A stretch of 64,000 nucleotides of DNA from an uncultured Gammaproteobacteria bacterium (GCA_963762165.1 CAVXJN010000003.1:1440694-1504693), one strand, 5' to 3'. Shown: positions 1 to 14,583, counted from the first letter of the stretch. Translations and numbers: made by a program. Notes: generated from the sequence alone by a model not told the origin.

Positions 1-1
1 C

Positions 2-466
2 CATGAATCGTTCGTCATTGCCGATCTGGAGATCCAGCCTTTCCCAGTACCCCACGACGCCCGGGAACCGGCGCAGTTCGTGTTCAGCGACGGCAGTCGC
101 CGCCTGGGGTTGTTGACCGACACCGGTGCCAGTACGCCCCACATCGAAGCCTGTCTGTCCGGGGTTGATGGCTTGTTGTTGGAGTGCAACCACGATGCCG
201 GCATGCTTGCCGCAGGCCGCTATTCACCGCAATTGAAGCGGCGCGTCGCTGGCCGTATGGGACATTTGAGCAACACCCAGGCCGCCGGGTTGCTGACGCG
301 CATCGATGCTTCGCGCTTACAGCATCTGGTGGCGGCCCATCTCAGCCAGGAAAACAACACGCCCGAACGGGCTGCCACCGCATTGGCTGAAGCACTTGGT
401 TGCAGTTCAAGTTGGGTCGCCATTGCCGACCAGGATGAAGGCCTGGATTGGCGCCATCTGAGCTGA
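2..466 (+). CDS. MBL-fold metallo-hydrolase, C-terminal part; the 5' end lies outside the window
   Basis: Frame 2 is open from position 2 (no stop before the internal Met at 80). The C-terminal NHDAGM...GHLSNTQAAGLL segment is typical of MBL-fold hydrolases. Family assignment from memory only. Confidence 0.5.
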   Translation, partial: HESFVIADLEIQPFPVPHDAREPAQFVFSDGSRRLGLLTDTGASTPHIEACLSGVDGLLLECNHDAGMLAAGRYSPQLKRRVAGRMGHLSNTQAAGLLTRIDASRLQHLVAAHLSQENNTPERAATALAEALGCSSSWVAIADQDEGLDWRHLS

Positions 467-647
467 TTCTGGCTCAATATTATAATTAACTGATACAGCG
501 ATACTTTTCTTCGCTTCCTCCACCGCGGAACTCTCAAGTTTTCCGTGATCCCGTCGCTTTGCCTGAGCAACGGCCGCGTTAGCGGCTTGCCCCGTTTGAT
601 CTTCCGCGTGCTTGCAGAAGGGTGCCGGGAAGCGAACGAAAATACGG

Positions 648-2681
648 ATGAAGCCAATGAAGAAACTGATTTCGAATCTCTCGATCCGACATAAGGTATG
701 GGGATCCCTCGGTCTGCTGGTTGCATTGATGGCGACGCTGGTAGGACTTTCCTACGTCAGTTTGTCGGGCGTCGACCGCAAAGTCGGAACAGTCGTGGAC
801 GAAATTCAGCCCACGGTAGTGCGCTCTATGCAACTCATGGCGCAACTGGAGCGTAGCGCCGGCGCATTGGGCTTTTATTTGCTCAGCCGCGACGACACCC
901 ATAAGCAGTCTTACCTGGCAGCGCTGAAATCGGCGCAGACGACTCTTGCGGCGCTCAAAGAGACAAGACTCATCGCGGAAAACGAAGCCAACCTCAAACT
1001 CCTCAACAGGATCGACCAGGACGTTGCCAAGTTCGCTTCTTATCACGAGCGTTTGTTCGAACTCACCGAGAACGACGCCAAGAACATTCCGGCGATTGCA
1101 TTGAGCGGCCAGATGTTGAATCCGCTCAGCCAACAGATGCTGCAGAATCTTTCCAGCATGCTGCAGTCCGAGGCCATGGAAGAAGCCAATGCTGAACGCA
1201 AAGGCATCCTCACCGACATCAACGACCTGCGCTACGCCTGGGCCAACGTTATGAACGGCGTGCGGGCGTACCTTGCATTTCGCGGCAAATCGTCGCTGGA
1301 TGAAGTCGATCTCTACAAGGGCGAAACGGACCGGTTATTGAAGAAGTTGCAGGACCGCGGCGATGCGCTGACCTTCGATCAAGCCGATTCGCTCGAACAG
1401 TTCGCGGGTCTGCGCGATAGCTTTTTTGCCAACTTCAAGAAAGTGTTTGAAATTCACAGCAGCGAACGCTGGCGCACCGATGCCTATCTGGTACGCAGCG
1501 AAATTGGACCGCTGTTGAGCGGAATAGAAGACAGATTGACGACTTTGGTGAAATCACTGGGCGATCGCGCCGCGACAACCGGCGGTGAACTCACCGATAC
1601 GATGAACTCGAGCCTGGTGACCCAGCTTGTGTTGCTGGTAATCGGGTTGCTCATCGGAACGCTGGTGCTGGTTGGTGCCGGGATGTTCATCGTCAAGCCG
1701 GCGCAACGGCTACGCGATCTGCTGCGCGACATTTCCGAGGGCGAGGGCGACCTCACTCAGCGCGCGGGCCTGGATTCGGAAGATGAGTTGGGACAGGCGT
1801 CCCGCTACTTCGACAACATGATGGACAGTATGCAAGCGATGATCCGTGACATCGCCGAAGTCTCCAATGCGGTACATGGCCGCTCCGGCGAGGCGAGTCG
1901 CGAAACCGAAGCCGTGACTTCGAACATCGCCCAGGGCGCCGACCGGGCCCGCAGCACTGCCGCCGCCACAGAACAGATGTCGACCACGGGTGCTGAAATC
2001 GCGCGCAGTGCCGCCGAGACCGCCGATGAGGCCGAGCGCGTGCAACAGGTTTCGGAAGACGGATCGCGGCGTGTTCAGCAGATGTCTGCGAAGGCCAAAG
2101 ACATGGGCGGGCAGGTGGATCATCTGCGCCGTGATGTCGAGGACTTGTCCGAAAAGAGCAAGGGCATGCTGGATATGGTGAGCATCATCAACGATATCGC
2201 CAATCAGACCAATCTTCTGGCCCTGAACGCCGCCATCGAAGCCGCCCGCGCCGGCGACTCCGGTCGCGGCTTCGCCGTAGTCGCAGAGGAAGTCCGGCAG
2301 TTGGCCATGAAGACCCAGGACTCGACGTCCCAGATCACGTCGTTGATTTCCGACAATCTGCAGTCCAACGAAAACCTTGCCTTGGTCATGGACAAAGTGT
2401 CTGAAGCGACCGGCAGTATGTTGGAGAGCGTCAACGAGACCGCCCAGGCGATCACCACCATGGGCGACGGTATCAAACTCATGAGCGGCAAGGCCGGTCA
2501 TATTGCCACTGCGGCCAAGGAACAATCCGTAGCCACTGACGAAGTGGCAGGCAATATCGAATCCATCTCGGCGATGGAAAGCGAAAATGCGACCCGCACC
2601 GGGCAGGTCGCCGCGCATCTGCAGGAGCTTTCCGAACTGTCTTCCCGCCTCGATACGCTGGTGGGTCGTTTCAAAGTCTGA
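648..2681 (+). CDS. methyl-accepting chemotaxis protein (2 TM, periplasmic ligand-binding region, HAMP, MCP signalling domain)
   Basis: 689-aa ORF with an N-terminal TM, a second TM near residue 330, then HAMP-like LRDLLRDISEGEGDLTQRA and the MCP signalling domain (NLLALNAAIEAARAGDSGRGFAVVAEEVRQLA). Start among the Met codons at 612, 648 and 657 is uncertain. Confidence 0.8.
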   Translation: MKPMKKLISNLSIRHKVWGSLGLLVALMATLVGLSYVSLSGVDRKVGTVVDEIQPTVVRSMQLMAQLERSAGALGFYLLSRDDTHKQSYLAALKSAQTTLAALKETRLIAENEANLKLLNRIDQDVAKFASYHERLFELTENDAKNIPAIALSGQMLNPLSQQMLQNLSSMLQSEAMEEANAERKGILTDINDLRYAWANVMNGVRAYLAFRGKSSLDEVDLYKGETDRLLKKLQDRGDALTFDQADSLEQFAGLRDSFFANFKKVFEIHSSERWRTDAYLVRSEIGPLLSGIEDRLTTLVKSLGDRAATTGGELTDTMNSSLVTQLVLLVIGLLIGTLVLVGAGMFIVKPAQRLRDLLRDISEGEGDLTQRAGLDSEDELGQASRYFDNMMDSMQAMIRDIAEVSNAVHGRSGEASRETEAVTSNIAQGADRARSTAAATEQMSTTGAEIARSAAETADEAERVQQVSEDGSRRVQQMSAKAKDMGGQVDHLRRDVEDLSEKSKGMLDMVSIINDIANQTNLLALNAAIEAARAGDSGRGFAVVAEEVRQLAMKTQDSTSQITSLISDNLQSNENLALVMDKVSEATGSMLESVNETAQAITTMGDGIKLMSGKAGHIATAAKEQSVATDEVAGNIESISAMESENATRTGQVAAHLQELSELSSRLDTLVGRFKV

Positions 2682-2689
2682 TCCGGGCA

Positions 2690-2718
2690 CCGACGGCGTT
2701 GCACTAGCACGCCGTCGG
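2690..2718 (+). terminator. perfect 9-bp stem-loop (CCGACGGCG / CGCCGTCGG, 11-nt loop) 9 nt after the MCP stop; no U-tract
   Basis: Inverted repeat read directly from the sequence. A poly-T tail is absent, so it may be a stabilising hairpin and not an intrinsic terminator. Confidence 0.3.
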
Positions 2719-2885
2719 CCCGCTCCCTGTCAGTCCTGGGCGCCGTCGGCGATTTCCCAACGCAGGCGCCCGGACTTCGGCCGGCCACCGGCACAACCGC
2801 CATTTCCCGTCAGCCGGTAGCCCGGTGCCGGCGCATCCTTTATCATTACACCCTTCCCAGATCGCCTCCCATCCGAGGATGTTCC

Positions 2886-5800
2886 ATGCTGCGATTGCGC
2901 GGTGGTCCCGCCCTTTCTTCGTTTCGAGTCGAAAAGCTGTGCGCGGCACTGCGCCAGCAGGGCGTTGAAGTCGCCGACGTGTATGCCGAATTCGTGCACT
3001 TCGTCGACACCGAACGCACCCTGAACCACCAGCAGCGCGGCATTCTCGATCGCATTTTGCAGTACGGCCCCCACCACGGCCGGCAGCCGGGCGAACCGGG
3101 GACATTGATTGTTGTCGTGCCGCGCCTGGGCACCATATCGCCGTGGTCCAGTAAAGCCACCGACATCGCCCACAATTGCGGACTGAGCGATGTTTCGCGA
3201 ATCGAGCGCGGTGTTGCCTACCACCTGCACGGCGCTGGCGGCCCGCTGCAGGGCGATGCGCTGAAGCGGGCATTGCCGTTGCTATATGACCGTATGACGG
3301 AAACGGTGTTGCGGAGCTTCGGCGACGCCGATGCCTTGTTCCGTCATGGGGCGCCCCGTCCGGTGCGCACGGTCGACATTCTCGGCGAAGGGCGTGCCGC
3401 CCTCGAACGGGCCAACCGCGACTGGGGCCTGGCGCTGGCGGACGACGAAATCGACTATCTGGTGGAGAATTTCCTCGCTTTGCGGCGCAATCCCACCGAC
3501 GTCGAATTGATGATGTTTGCCCAGGCCAATTCCGAGCACTGCCGCCACAAAATCTTCAATGCCGACTGGGTCATCGACGGCCGGTCCATGGAACGCTCGC
3601 TGTTCACGATGATCCGCAATACCCACGCCCGCACCAACGAGGATGTGCTGTCGGCCTATCGCGACAATGCGGCGGTAATTGCTGGTTTCACCGGCAGTCG
3701 TTTCGCGCCGGACAGCGAAAGCGGCGAATACCGCCACGTTGACGAACACTTGCCGATCCTGATGAAAGTGGAGACCCACAATCATCCGACCGCAATTTCA
3801 CCGTTTCCCGGCGCCGCAACCGGTTCCGGAGGCGAAATCCGCGATGAAGGCGCTACCGGCCGCGGCTCCAAACCGAAAGCAGGCTTGAGCGGCTTTTCGG
3901 TTTCCAATCTGCGTCTGCCCGGCGCCGAGCGTCCCTGGGAGACCGATCACGGCAGGCCCGGTCGTATCGTTTCGGCGTTACAGATCATGGTCGACGGTCC
4001 GTTGGGCGCGGCCGCATTCAACAACGAGTTCGGGCGGCCGGCGATTTGCGGCTATTTCCGTACCTACGAAGAGCGGGTGCCTGGACCCACGGGTACGGAA
4101 ATTCGCGGGTACCACAAACCGATCATGCTCGCCGGCGGCGTCGGCAACATGCGTGCGGACATGGTCAGCAAAGGCCGCATCGAACCTGGAGCGCAGCTGG
4201 TGGTGCTGGGCGGGCCGGCGATGCTGATCGGTCTCGGCGGCGGCGCGGCTTCGAGCATGGCCACCGGTGAAAGCGCCGAGGACCTGGACTTCGCCTCCGT
4301 GCAGCGCGGCAATCCGGAGATGCAGCGCCGTTGTCAGGAAGTCATCGACCGTTGCTGTGCACTGGGCGGCGAAAATCCAATCGTCTCCATTCACGACGTC
4401 GGCGCCGGCGGCCTGTCCAATGCCATGCCTGAACTGGTCAACGATTCCGGACGTGGCGGCCATTTTGAATTGCGCACCATCCCGAGCGACGACCAGAGCA
4501 TGGCGCCCATGGAGATCTGGTGCAACGAGGCCCAGGAACGCTACGTGATGGCCATCGATCCGGCGCGCATGGCGGTATTTCAGAACTTGTGCGAGCGCGA
4601 GCGCTGTCCTTACGCGCTCATTGGCGAGGCGACCGGCGAACAGCAATTGGTCCTGGGCGACGGTCACTTCGACAACACGCCCATCGACATGCCCATGGAA
4701 GTGCTGCTCGGCAAACCGCCGAAGATGCTGCGTGAGGTGCAGCGCCACCCATTCCATAAGCCGGAGTTCGAAACCGCAGGGATCGATATCGCCGAGGCTG
4801 CCGAACGAATATTGCAGTTGCCGACAGTGGCCGACAAGACGTTCCTGATCACCATTGGTGATCGCACCGTGACCGGGCTGGTGTCGCGCGACCAGATGGT
4901 CGGCCCATGGCAGGTACCCGTGGCCGATGTCGGCGTGACCTGTACCGATTACCGCGGCTATACCGGCGAAGCCATGGCCATCGGCGAGCGCACACCGATT
5001 GCGCTGGTACACCACGCCGCTTCGGCGCGCATGGCGGTGGGAGAGGCGCTGACCAATCTCGCAGCCGCTTCGATCCCCGAGCTCAAACGCGTGGTGCTGT
5101 CGGCCAACTGGATGGTGCCTGCGGGACATCCGGGTGAGGATGCCGGCTTGTACGACGCCGTGCATGCGGTTGGTATGGAACTGTGTCCCGCGCTTGGTAT
5201 CGCCATTCCGGTGGGCAAGGATTCCATGTCCATGAAGACCGTCTGGCAGGCCGGAGGCGAACAACGATCGGTGACGGCGCCGCTATCGTTGGTGATAACC
5301 GCGTTCGCTCCGGTCGAAGACGTACGCCGTACACTTACGCCGCAGTTGCGGACCGATTGCGGCGACACCGATCTGCTGTTGGTGGATCTTGGCAAAGGTC
5401 GCAACCGTTTGGCCGGCTCGGCGCTGGCGCAGGTGTACAAGCAGGTCGGTCATCACCCGCCGGACGTGGACGACGCCGGAGCGCTGCGGAGCTTCTTCAA
5501 AACCGTGCAGAACTTGAATTCAGCCGGTTTGCTGCTCGCCTATCACGACCGCTCCGATGGCGGTTTGTTTGCCACTGTGTGCGAGATGGCATTTGCAGGA
5601 CACTGCGGTGTCAGCGTGCAGTTGGACGATCTTGGCGACGAGCCGCTAGCGGCAATGTTCACGGAAGAACTGGGCGCAATCGTCCAGGTGCGCCGCACAG
5701 ACACCGGCGCGGTACTGCAGCAATTCCATGACGCCGGTCTGGGCCGTTACTGCCATGTGATCGGAAGTCTCAACGATCGGGACCAGGTCGAATTCAGTTT

Positions 5801-6779
5801 TGAAAAACGGCGGCTATGTGCGGAGTCGCGCGCGCAATTGCACCGCGTTTGGTCGGAGACCACTTACCGCATGCAGTCGCTGCGCGACAATCCGGATTGC
5901 GCGCAACAGGAATACGACCGTTTGCTGGATCAGAACGATCCCGGGCTGCACGTCGCCCTGGCCTTTGAAATGCAGGACGACCCGGCGGCGCCTTATATCA
6001 CTACCGGCGCGCGGCCGCGGGTTGCGGTGTTGCGCGAGCAGGGTGTCAACGGTCAGCAGGAGATGGCTGCCGCGTTCGATCGTGCCGGCTTCGCCGCCGT
6101 AGACGTGCACATGAGTGACATCATTGTTGGGCGGGTGCAGTTGGACGGTTTCAGTGGGGCCGTCGCCTGCGGCGGATTTTCCTATGGCGATGTACTCGGC
6201 GCCGGCGAGGGTTGGGCCAAATCGATTCTGTTCAACGATCGCGCGCGTGCGCAGTTCGAGGCATTTTTCCGCCGCGCGGACAGTTTTGCTTTGGGCGTCT
6301 GCAACGGCTGCCAGATGATGTCGAATCTGCGGGAACTGATTCCCGGCGCGCAGTCGTGGCCCCATTTCGTGCGCAATCAATCCGAGCAGTTCGAAGCCCG
6401 GTTCGCCATGGTCGAAGTGCTTGATTCGCCATCGCTGTTTTTCCGCGACATGGCGGGGTCGCGCATGCCCATCGCGGTGGCTCATGGAGAAGGAAGGGCG
6501 GAGTTTGCCCGGGATCCGCAGAGCCTGATCGAGGATCGTTTGGCCGCACTGCGCTTTGTGGACAACCACGGCGTTGCCACGGAGCACTACCCTCAAAATC
6601 CGAATGGATCGCCGCTGGGGATTACCGGCCTCACCACGGCCGAGGGACGCTTCACCATCTTGATGCCGCATCCGGAGCGTGTATTCCGCGCCGCGCAGCA
6701 CTCCTGGCATCCGCCCGAATGGCAAGAAGAGGCTCCCTGGATGCGGATGTTCCGTAACGCTCGCGCCTGGGTGGGCTGA
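2886..6779 (+). CDS. purL: phosphoribosylformylglycinamidine synthase (large single-chain PurL)
   Basis: 1297-aa ORF collinear with E. coli PurL (1295 aa). It has the N-terminal PurS-like domain, the FGAM synthetase core and the C-terminal glutamine amidotransferase domain with [10 protein letters not shown]. Confidence 0.95.
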   Translation: MLRLRGGPALSSFRVEKLCAALRQQGVEVADVYAEFVHFVDTERTLNHQQRGILDRILQYGPHHGRQPGEPGTLIVVVPRLGTISPWSSKATDIAHNCGLSDVSRIERGVAYHLHGAGGPLQGDALKRALPLLYDRMTETVLRSFGDADALFRHGAPRPVRTVDILGEGRAALERANRDWGLALADDEIDYLVENFLALRRNPTDVELMMFAQANSEHCRHKIFNADWVIDGRSMERSLFTMIRNTHARTNEDVLSAYRDNAAVIAGFTGSRFAPDSESGEYRHVDEHLPILMKVETHNHPTAISPFPGAATGSGGEIRDEGATGRGSKPKAGLSGFSVSNLRLPGAERPWETDHGRPGRIVSALQIMVDGPLGAAAFNNEFGRPAICGYFRTYEERVPGPTGTEIRGYHKPIMLAGGVGNMRADMVSKGRIEPGAQLVVLGGPAMLIGLGGGAASSMATGESAEDLDFASVQRGNPEMQRRCQEVIDRCCALGGENPIVSIHDVGAGGLSNAMPELVNDSGRGGHFELRTIPSDDQSMAPMEIWCNEAQERYVMAIDPARMAVFQNLCERERCPYALIGEATGEQQLVLGDGHFDNTPIDMPMEVLLGKPPKMLREVQRHPFHKPEFETAGIDIAEAAERILQLPTVADKTFLITIGDRTVTGLVSRDQMVGPWQVPVADVGVTCTDYRGYTGEAMAIGERTPIALVHHAASARMAVGEALTNLAAASIPELKRVVLSANWMVPAGHPGEDAGLYDAVHAVGMELCPALGIAIPVGKDSMSMKTVWQAGGEQRSVTAPLSLVITAFAPVEDVRRTLTPQLRTDCGDTDLLLVDLGKGRNRLAGSALAQVYKQVGHHPPDVDDAGALRSFFKTVQNLNSAGLLLAYHDRSDGGLFATVCEMAFAGHCGVSVQLDDLGDEPLAAMFTEELGAIVQVRRTDTGAVLQQFHDAGLGRYCHVIGSLNDRDQVEFSFEKRRLCAESRAQLHRVWSETTYRMQSLRDNPDCAQQEYDRLLDQNDPGLHVALAFEMQDDPAAPYITTGARPRVAVLREQGVNGQQEMAAAFDRAGFAAVDVHMSDIIVGRVQLDGFSGAVACGGFSYGDVLGAGEGWAKSILFNDRARAQFEAFFRRADSFALGVCNGCQMMSNLRELIPGAQSWPHFVRNQSEQFEARFAMVEVLDSPSLFFRDMAGSRMPIAVAHGEGRAEFARDPQSLIEDRLAALRFVDNHGVATEHYPQNPNGSPLGITGLTTAEGRFTILMPHPERVFRAAQHSWHPPEWQEEAPWMRMFRNARAWVG

Positions 6780-6866
6780 AGCAGGGAGCGGGCCATTGCA
6801 GGCCACTCAGTGAACTATTTTGCTGCCTGGCGGTCTTTAAATCAGGGCCACCGCTGGGGAGGGAAG

Positions 6867-7842
<976 letters not shown>

Positions 7843-7845
7843 GCG

Positions 7846-8463
7846 ATGGGGCAGGTGAAACGGCGCTATTACAAAGTCGCGGTGTTTGGTTTGTGCCTGC
7901 TGCCGCTGGGAATGTTGGTCTGGCAGGCCGCGTTCCATGATCTTGGTGCAAATCCGGTCGAATCCTTACTGCACCGCACCGGCGACTGGACGCTACGGTT
8001 CCTGCTGATCGTCTTGGCGGTGACGCCATTGCGGCGACTCACCGGCTGGAACGAACTGCAGCAATCGCGACGCATGCTGGGCCTGTTTGCGTTCTTCTAT
8101 GCGACGCTGCATTTCTCGGTTTATGCATTCCTCGACCTGGGATTGGATTGGGGTTTTCTCGCCGAAGATATCGCCAAACGGCCGTATATCACGGTGGGTT
8201 TTACGGCCTGGGTCTTGTTGGTACCGCTGGCGTTGACCTCGACCCGCGGCATGATGCGTCGCCTCGGCAGGCGTTGGAAACAACTGCACCGCGTGATCTA
8301 CATCATCGGCCCGCTCGGCGTGGTGCATTATTACTGGCTGGTCAAGGCGGACGTGCGCGAGCCGCTGGTCTACGGGAGTATTCTGGTAGTGCTGCTGACC
8401 CTGCGACTGAATTGGTGGGTTCGGCGGCGGATACTTTCCCCGGCGCGCTCGGCGGCGGGCTGA
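7846..8463 (+). CDS. msrQ: protein-methionine-sulfoxide reductase heme-binding subunit MsrQ (YedZ)
   Basis: 205-aa multi-TM protein immediately downstream of msrP with the conserved His-containing helices. It matches the YedZ family. Confidence 0.9.
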   Translation: MGQVKRRYYKVAVFGLCLLPLGMLVWQAAFHDLGANPVESLLHRTGDWTLRFLLIVLAVTPLRRLTGWNELQQSRRMLGLFAFFYATLHFSVYAFLDLGLDWGFLAEDIAKRPYITVGFTAWVLLVPLALTSTRGMMRRLGRRWKQLHRVIYIIGPLGVVHYYWLVKADVREPLVYGSILVVLLTLRLNWWVRRRILSPARSAAG

Positions 8464-8495
8464 CGGTAACTGCCAGCGCCCCGGAGCGCCCCGGG

Positions 8496-9395
8496 TCAGC
8501 GCGAAAGGTCGTCGTCCAGAGAAGTTCGCCCGGCCCAGTCGCGGGCGAAATGCCAGGCCGTACGACCGCTGCGCGAGCCCCGCGCCAACGCCCATTGCAA
8601 CGCGGCTCGGCGCCATTCCGCGTCTTCATCCTGACCCGTCTGAATACCGAGGCGCGTCAGCCAATAGGCGGCGATCGCCAGATAATCGTCCTGGCGGAAT
8701 GGATGGAACGACAGCCAAAGGCCGAAGCGGTCGGACAGGGCGATTTTCTCTTCCGTTGCCTCGCCCGGATGAATCTCACCATCCACGGCGCGGGCATCGC
8801 GATTTTCCTGCAGCGTTTCCGGCATCAGGTGCCTACGATTCGACGTCGCATAGATGACGACATTGTCGGCGGTTTCGCTGATGGAGCCGTCGAGAACGAC
8901 TTTGAGCGCTTTGTAGCTCGGGTCGTTGGCCTCGAACGACAGGTCGTCGCAATACACCATGAATCGTTCCGGACGTGAGTAGAGCAATTCGACGATCTGC
9001 GGCAGGTCGACCAGATCCTGGCGATCGACTTCGATGAGACGCAGGCCCTGGTGAGCGTGTTCGCTCAACAGTGCTTTGACCAAGGACGACTTGCCGGTAC
9101 CGCGGGAACCCCAGAGCAGTGCGTTATTGGCAGGGAGGCCGCGCAGGAACTGCATGGTATTGCGTCCGAGTTCGCGCTTCTGCCGGTCGACGCAGAGCAG
9201 GTCCTGCAACCGCCTGGCCGCCGGATGGGCGACGGGCGCGAGCCAGCCTTCGCCGCCGTGCCGGCGCCAACGAAAAGCGCTGGATGCTTCCCAATCGGTC
9301 TCACCCGCAGCGGGAGGAACCAGACGCTGTACGGCGTCGCTGAGGTTTTCCAGTTGCGCGGCGATGCGCGCCAGCAGTTCGGCTTGTTCATTCAT
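8496..9395 (-). CDS. DUF815-family AAA+ ATPase
   Basis: 299-aa ORF with Walker A LWGSRGTGKSSLVKALL and the DUF815-type layout (VYCDDLSF...ATSNRRHL). Confidence 0.75.
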   Translation of the reverse strand: MNEQAELLARIAAQLENLSDAVQRLVPPAAGETDWEASSAFRWRRHGGEGWLAPVAHPAARRLQDLLCVDRQKRELGRNTMQFLRGLPANNALLWGSRGTGKSSLVKALLSEHAHQGLRLIEVDRQDLVDLPQIVELLYSRPERFMVYCDDLSFEANDPSYKALKVVLDGSISETADNVVIYATSNRRHLMPETLQENRDARAVDGEIHPGEATEEKIALSDRFGLWLSFHPFRQDDYLAIAAYWLTRLGIQTGQDEDAEWRRAALQWALARGSRSGRTAWHFARDWAGRTSLDDDLSR

Positions 9396-9470
9396 GAAGC
9401 GAAATCGGCACTGATTTGGGCAGGGCGGCAGATATAGCAGGGATCGCGCCCGTGGTGCAAGTCGTAAGCT

Positions 9471-9863
9471 TCAGGGTGCCGGTTGTCGCGCCCGGGCCTG
9501 AAAGCTGCGCACCAGCCCTTGAATCTTGCCTGCGGATACTGGTTTCACGACAAATCCCTTGGCGCCGAGTTGCACGGCCTGCCGGACATGTTCAACGCTG
9601 CTGTCGACGCTGACCATGACGACGTAGGCGGCGGGGTTGTCCCCCATGATTTCCTGCAATACTTCCATGCCGTTCTTGCCCGGCATATTGATATCAAGCA
9701 ACACGATGTCGGGCCGGAAGCGGTGGTAGGATCGCACGGCATCGTCGCCGTTGGTCGCGCTGGCGACGACTTGGCAATGCGCTTGGCGCAGCATGGTACG
9801 AAGCAGTTCGCCCATCATGCTGACATCATCAACGATCATTACGGTCGGGGTTGAGTTCACCAC
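9471..9863 (-). CDS. single-domain CheY-like response regulator receiver
   Basis: 130 aa. The receiver signature is VMIVDD ... DIVLLDINMPGKNGMEVL ... KGFVVKP. Confidence 0.8.
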   Translation of the reverse strand: MVNSTPTVMIVDDVSMMGELLRTMLRQAHCQVVASATNGDDAVRSYHRFRPDIVLLDINMPGKNGMEVLQEIMGDNPAAYVVMVSVDSSVEHVRQAVQLGAKGFVVKPVSAGKIQGLVRSFQARARQPAP

Positions 9864-9973
9864 ACGACGTCATCCCTGGCTGCAAATAGCTGCTTGCGCG
9901 ATGCCGAAACAAAATACAGATGCAACTCAATATAGCGGCCACGACTGTCAGGACTTGAAGGGCCGCGGCTGAC

Positions 9974-11642
<1,669 letters not shown>

Positions 11643-11902
11643 ATCGGACCGGGATCGCTTTGTTAGATAAGGAGGATGAGTGGATTTGACCTAGTATAAC
11701 GAGCGTTTTCGACGGGAAGCAAAAAGCTTGGCGCGTCCGGATCGTGGTCCCGCAATGGCGGGTACCGGCGCGTTCCGATCGCGCGCAATCCACACATGGA
11801 CCGAGCGCAGCGCATGCGGTCGACGTTCCAGACAGGGTCGGTCATACTTGCGCTACGTCCACGCGAATTCTAACCCGTTCGGGCGACCTCCTGGAGCAAC
11901 AC

Positions 11903-12865
11903 ATGAGCGGTCCCACGCAATCCGGGGTTTCGGTGTATCTGGGTGCGGCGCTCGCGGCCTACAACTTCGGGTCGCAGCATCCTTTCGGTCCGCAGCGTCA
12001 TTGGGCATTTCAAGAGCGCCTGGAAAGAGAAGGGCTGTTGGCTCGAGTCAACGTATGCGAACCCGCCCAGGCCGCGCCGATTACCCTGGCGTATTTCCAC
12101 ACCCTGCGTCACATTGCCGAGATTCGTTTGCGATCCGCGGCCGGCAAGGGCTTTCTCGATTGCGGCGACACACCCGCGTTCCCGGGCATGTATACCGCTG
12201 CTGCTACGGTGGTAGGCACGACGCTGGACGCGCTGCAGCGCATGTTTGAAGCCGATGGTTGCCGGCGCGCGTTCGTACCGATCGCCGGACTCCATCACGC
12301 CCGCCGTGATGGAGCTGCGGGATTTTGCGTGTTCAACGATTGTGGCGTTGCGATCGAAGCCGCGTTTCGCGATTACGGCTTGGAGCGGGTCGGATACGTC
12401 GACATCGACGCCCATCACGGCGACGGAGTCTACTACGGATTCGAAGAGAACCCCGGGGTGATCATCGCCGATATTCACGAAGACGGCGATTACCTTTACC
12501 CGGGCAGCGGCAGTGCTGCAGAGAGCGGCCGCGGCCGCGCCAGGGGCACCAAGCGCAATGTGCCAATGCCACCGGAGTCGGGCGATCGGGATTTCATGCG
12601 CGTCTGGGGCGGCATCGAAGATTTCCTGGTCGAGCATCGCCCGCAACTGCTTATGCTGCAGTGTGGCGCCGATTGCTTGGCAGGCGATCCGTTGACGCAT
12701 TTGCGTTACAGCGCAACCGTGCACCGCCATGTAGCCCAACGCATGTGCGCGTTGGCCGCTCGTTATTGTGACGGGCGCCTGCTTGCCATGGGCGGTGGCG
12801 GTTACGATCTCGAGAATCTCGCCACCGCTTGGTGTGCGGTGGTCGAATCGATGCTCGAAGATTGA
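11903..12865 (+). CDS. histone deacetylase-family / acetoin utilisation AcuC-like deacetylase
   Basis: Arginase/deacetylase fold motifs are present (DVDIDAHHGDGV, GGGGY). The start was chosen at the Met of MSGPTQSGV inside ORF 11744..12865. Confidence 0.8.
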   Translation: MSGPTQSGVSVYLGAALAAYNFGSQHPFGPQRHWAFQERLEREGLLARVNVCEPAQAAPITLAYFHTLRHIAEIRLRSAAGKGFLDCGDTPAFPGMYTAAATVVGTTLDALQRMFEADGCRRAFVPIAGLHHARRDGAAGFCVFNDCGVAIEAAFRDYGLERVGYVDIDAHHGDGVYYGFEENPGVIIADIHEDGDYLYPGSGSAAESGRGRARGTKRNVPMPPESGDRDFMRVWGGIEDFLVEHRPQLLMLQCGADCLAGDPLTHLRYSATVHRHVAQRMCALAARYCDGRLLAMGGGGYDLENLATAWCAVVESMLED

Positions 12866-13233
12866 ACCTCGCCGAGCCCGGACCCGCAATCCCCGCGCGC
12901 CCCCCATGTTCGCCTGGCGAATGCAGAATTCCGGCCAGGGGTGGGGCCGCAGAGCGCCCCTCGCGATTCCCGACCCCGGGCGCTGCGCCCAAGCCCGCGT
13001 TGCGCGCGCAGCCCCGCACGTAAGTATCTGTTGCTGCGAGCGTGCAGCCGGGACGCCATAGTGTCGGCGTAGCCCCGCTGCGCCATGCAGGAACGGGCCA
13101 GATCAGGTATGATTTATGACTTTTCCAGGCCTTAATCCCCTGTTTTCACCGGCGGACGGAGCCGGTGCGCAGAGCACGCCCTATGCGTGCCCGACAGCGC
13201 CCGGCCTCTGGGGTCGTTATGAGAGAGGTAGGT

Positions 13234-14487
13234 ATGTTTCCGAAAAATATGACGATTTCTGAATTCGATGAGGAGTTGGCTGCGGCCATCGACGGAGAGC
13301 GGGTCCGCCAGGAAGAGCACATCGAGTTGATCGCCTCGGAAAACTACGCCAGCCCCATGGTTTTGGAAGCTCAGGGCTCCGTTCTCACCAACAAATACGC
13401 CGAGGGTTATCCCGGCAAGCGCTATTACGGCGGCTGCGAGTTCGTCGATATTGCCGAGCAGTTGGCCATCGACCGCTTGAAAACGCTGTTCGATGCCGAT
13501 TACGCCAACGTTCAGCCCCATTCCGGTTCCCAGGCCAACGCGGCGGTCCTGCTGGCGTTGCTCAAACCGGGCGATACCATCCTCGGCATGAGTCTCGCCC
13601 ACGGCGGTCATCTCACCCATGGCGCGAAAGTGAACTTTTCCGGCAAGATCTTTAACGCGGTGCAATACGGTACCGACGACGAGGGCTATATCGATTATGA
13701 CGAAATCGAGCGCCTGGCGCGTGAACATCGCCCGCGTATGATCATCGCCGGCTTTTCGGCCTATTCGCGGGTGATGGACTGGCAGCGATTTCGCGCCATC
13801 GCCGACGCGGTCGGCGCCTATTTGATGGTCGACATGGCGCACGTAGCCGGACTGGTGGCCGCTGGCGTTTACCCGAGCCCGGTACAAATCGCCGACGTCA
13901 CCACATCGACTACTCACAAGACCCTGCGTGGACCGCGTGGCGGCATCATTCTCGCCAAATCCAATCCCGAGATCGAAAAAAAGCTCAGCTCACTGGTATT
14001 CCCGGGAACCCAGGGCGGTCCGCTGATGCATGTGATCGCCGCCAAAGCAGTCGCCTTCAAGGAAGCGCTGCAGCCGGAATTTCGAGAGTACCAACGTCAG
14101 GTGGTCGCCAATGCGCACGCAATGGCTTCGGTGATGATGGAGCGAGGCTACAAACTGGTTTCCGGAGGCACCGACAATCATTTGTTTCTGGTGAGCCTGG
14201 TGGATAAAGGCATCACCGGTAAGGACGCCGATGCCGCACTGAGTTCGGCCAATATCACTGTCAACAAGAACGCCGTGCCCAACGATCCGCAGTCACCGTT
14301 CGTCACCAGTGGCATTCGCATCGGCACTCCGGCTATCACCACCCGCGGTTGCGGTGAGGCGCAGGTGCGCGAGCTTGCGGGTTGGATCTGCGACGTGCTC
14401 GATGATGTCGAAAACACCGAAACCATCGATCGTGTCAAAGAGCAGGTACTCGCGTTGTGCCGCAAATTCCCGGTATATGAGCACTGA
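13234..14487 (+). CDS. glyA: serine hydroxymethyltransferase
   Basis: Strong collinearity with E. coli GlyA ([19 protein letters not shown]...[20 protein letters not shown]-lysine region [14 protein letters not shown]). There is a GAGAGAGG RBS 6 nt before the ATG at 13234. Confidence 0.95.
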   Translation: MFPKNMTISEFDEELAAAIDGERVRQEEHIELIASENYASPMVLEAQGSVLTNKYAEGYPGKRYYGGCEFVDIAEQLAIDRLKTLFDADYANVQPHSGSQANAAVLLALLKPGDTILGMSLAHGGHLTHGAKVNFSGKIFNAVQYGTDDEGYIDYDEIERLAREHRPRMIIAGFSAYSRVMDWQRFRAIADAVGAYLMVDMAHVAGLVAAGVYPSPVQIADVTTSTTHKTLRGPRGGIILAKSNPEIEKKLSSLVFPGTQGGPLMHVIAAKAVAFKEALQPEFREYQRQVVANAHAMASVMMERGYKLVSGGTDNHLFLVSLVDKGITGKDADAALSSANITVNKNAVPNDPQSPFVTSGIRIGTPAITTRGCGEAQVRELAGWICDVLDDVENTETIDRVKEQVLALCRKFPVYEH

Positions 14488-14583
14488 GCGTGTAAACCAG
14501 GCGGGCGCGCAATGACCGCCCACGTTCGCTCACCGGCGAACCGGGATCGGCACTTGCGATCCCGTACTGGCGGGGGTTGATGC

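Noticed and set aside
8148-8978. 276-aa ORF on the + strand
   Set aside because: It lies antisense to the well-supported DUF815 ATPase gene and to the msrQ 3' end. Its composition is typical of spurious high-GC shadow ORFs, and I recognise no family.
12651-13086. Several 90-120-aa ORFs on both strands in the glyA leader
   Set aside because: They are extremely GC-rich and Arg/Ala/Gly/Pro-dominated, with no homology, and they overlap each other. They are treated as non-coding leader.
12866-13233. ZTP (pfl) riboswitch upstream of glyA
   Set aside because: The conserved GGGUCGUGACUGGCG and CCGCCUGGGC cores were not found. CACCGGCGG and GCCUCUGGGG fragments are too weak to call. This is kept only as a low-interest finding.
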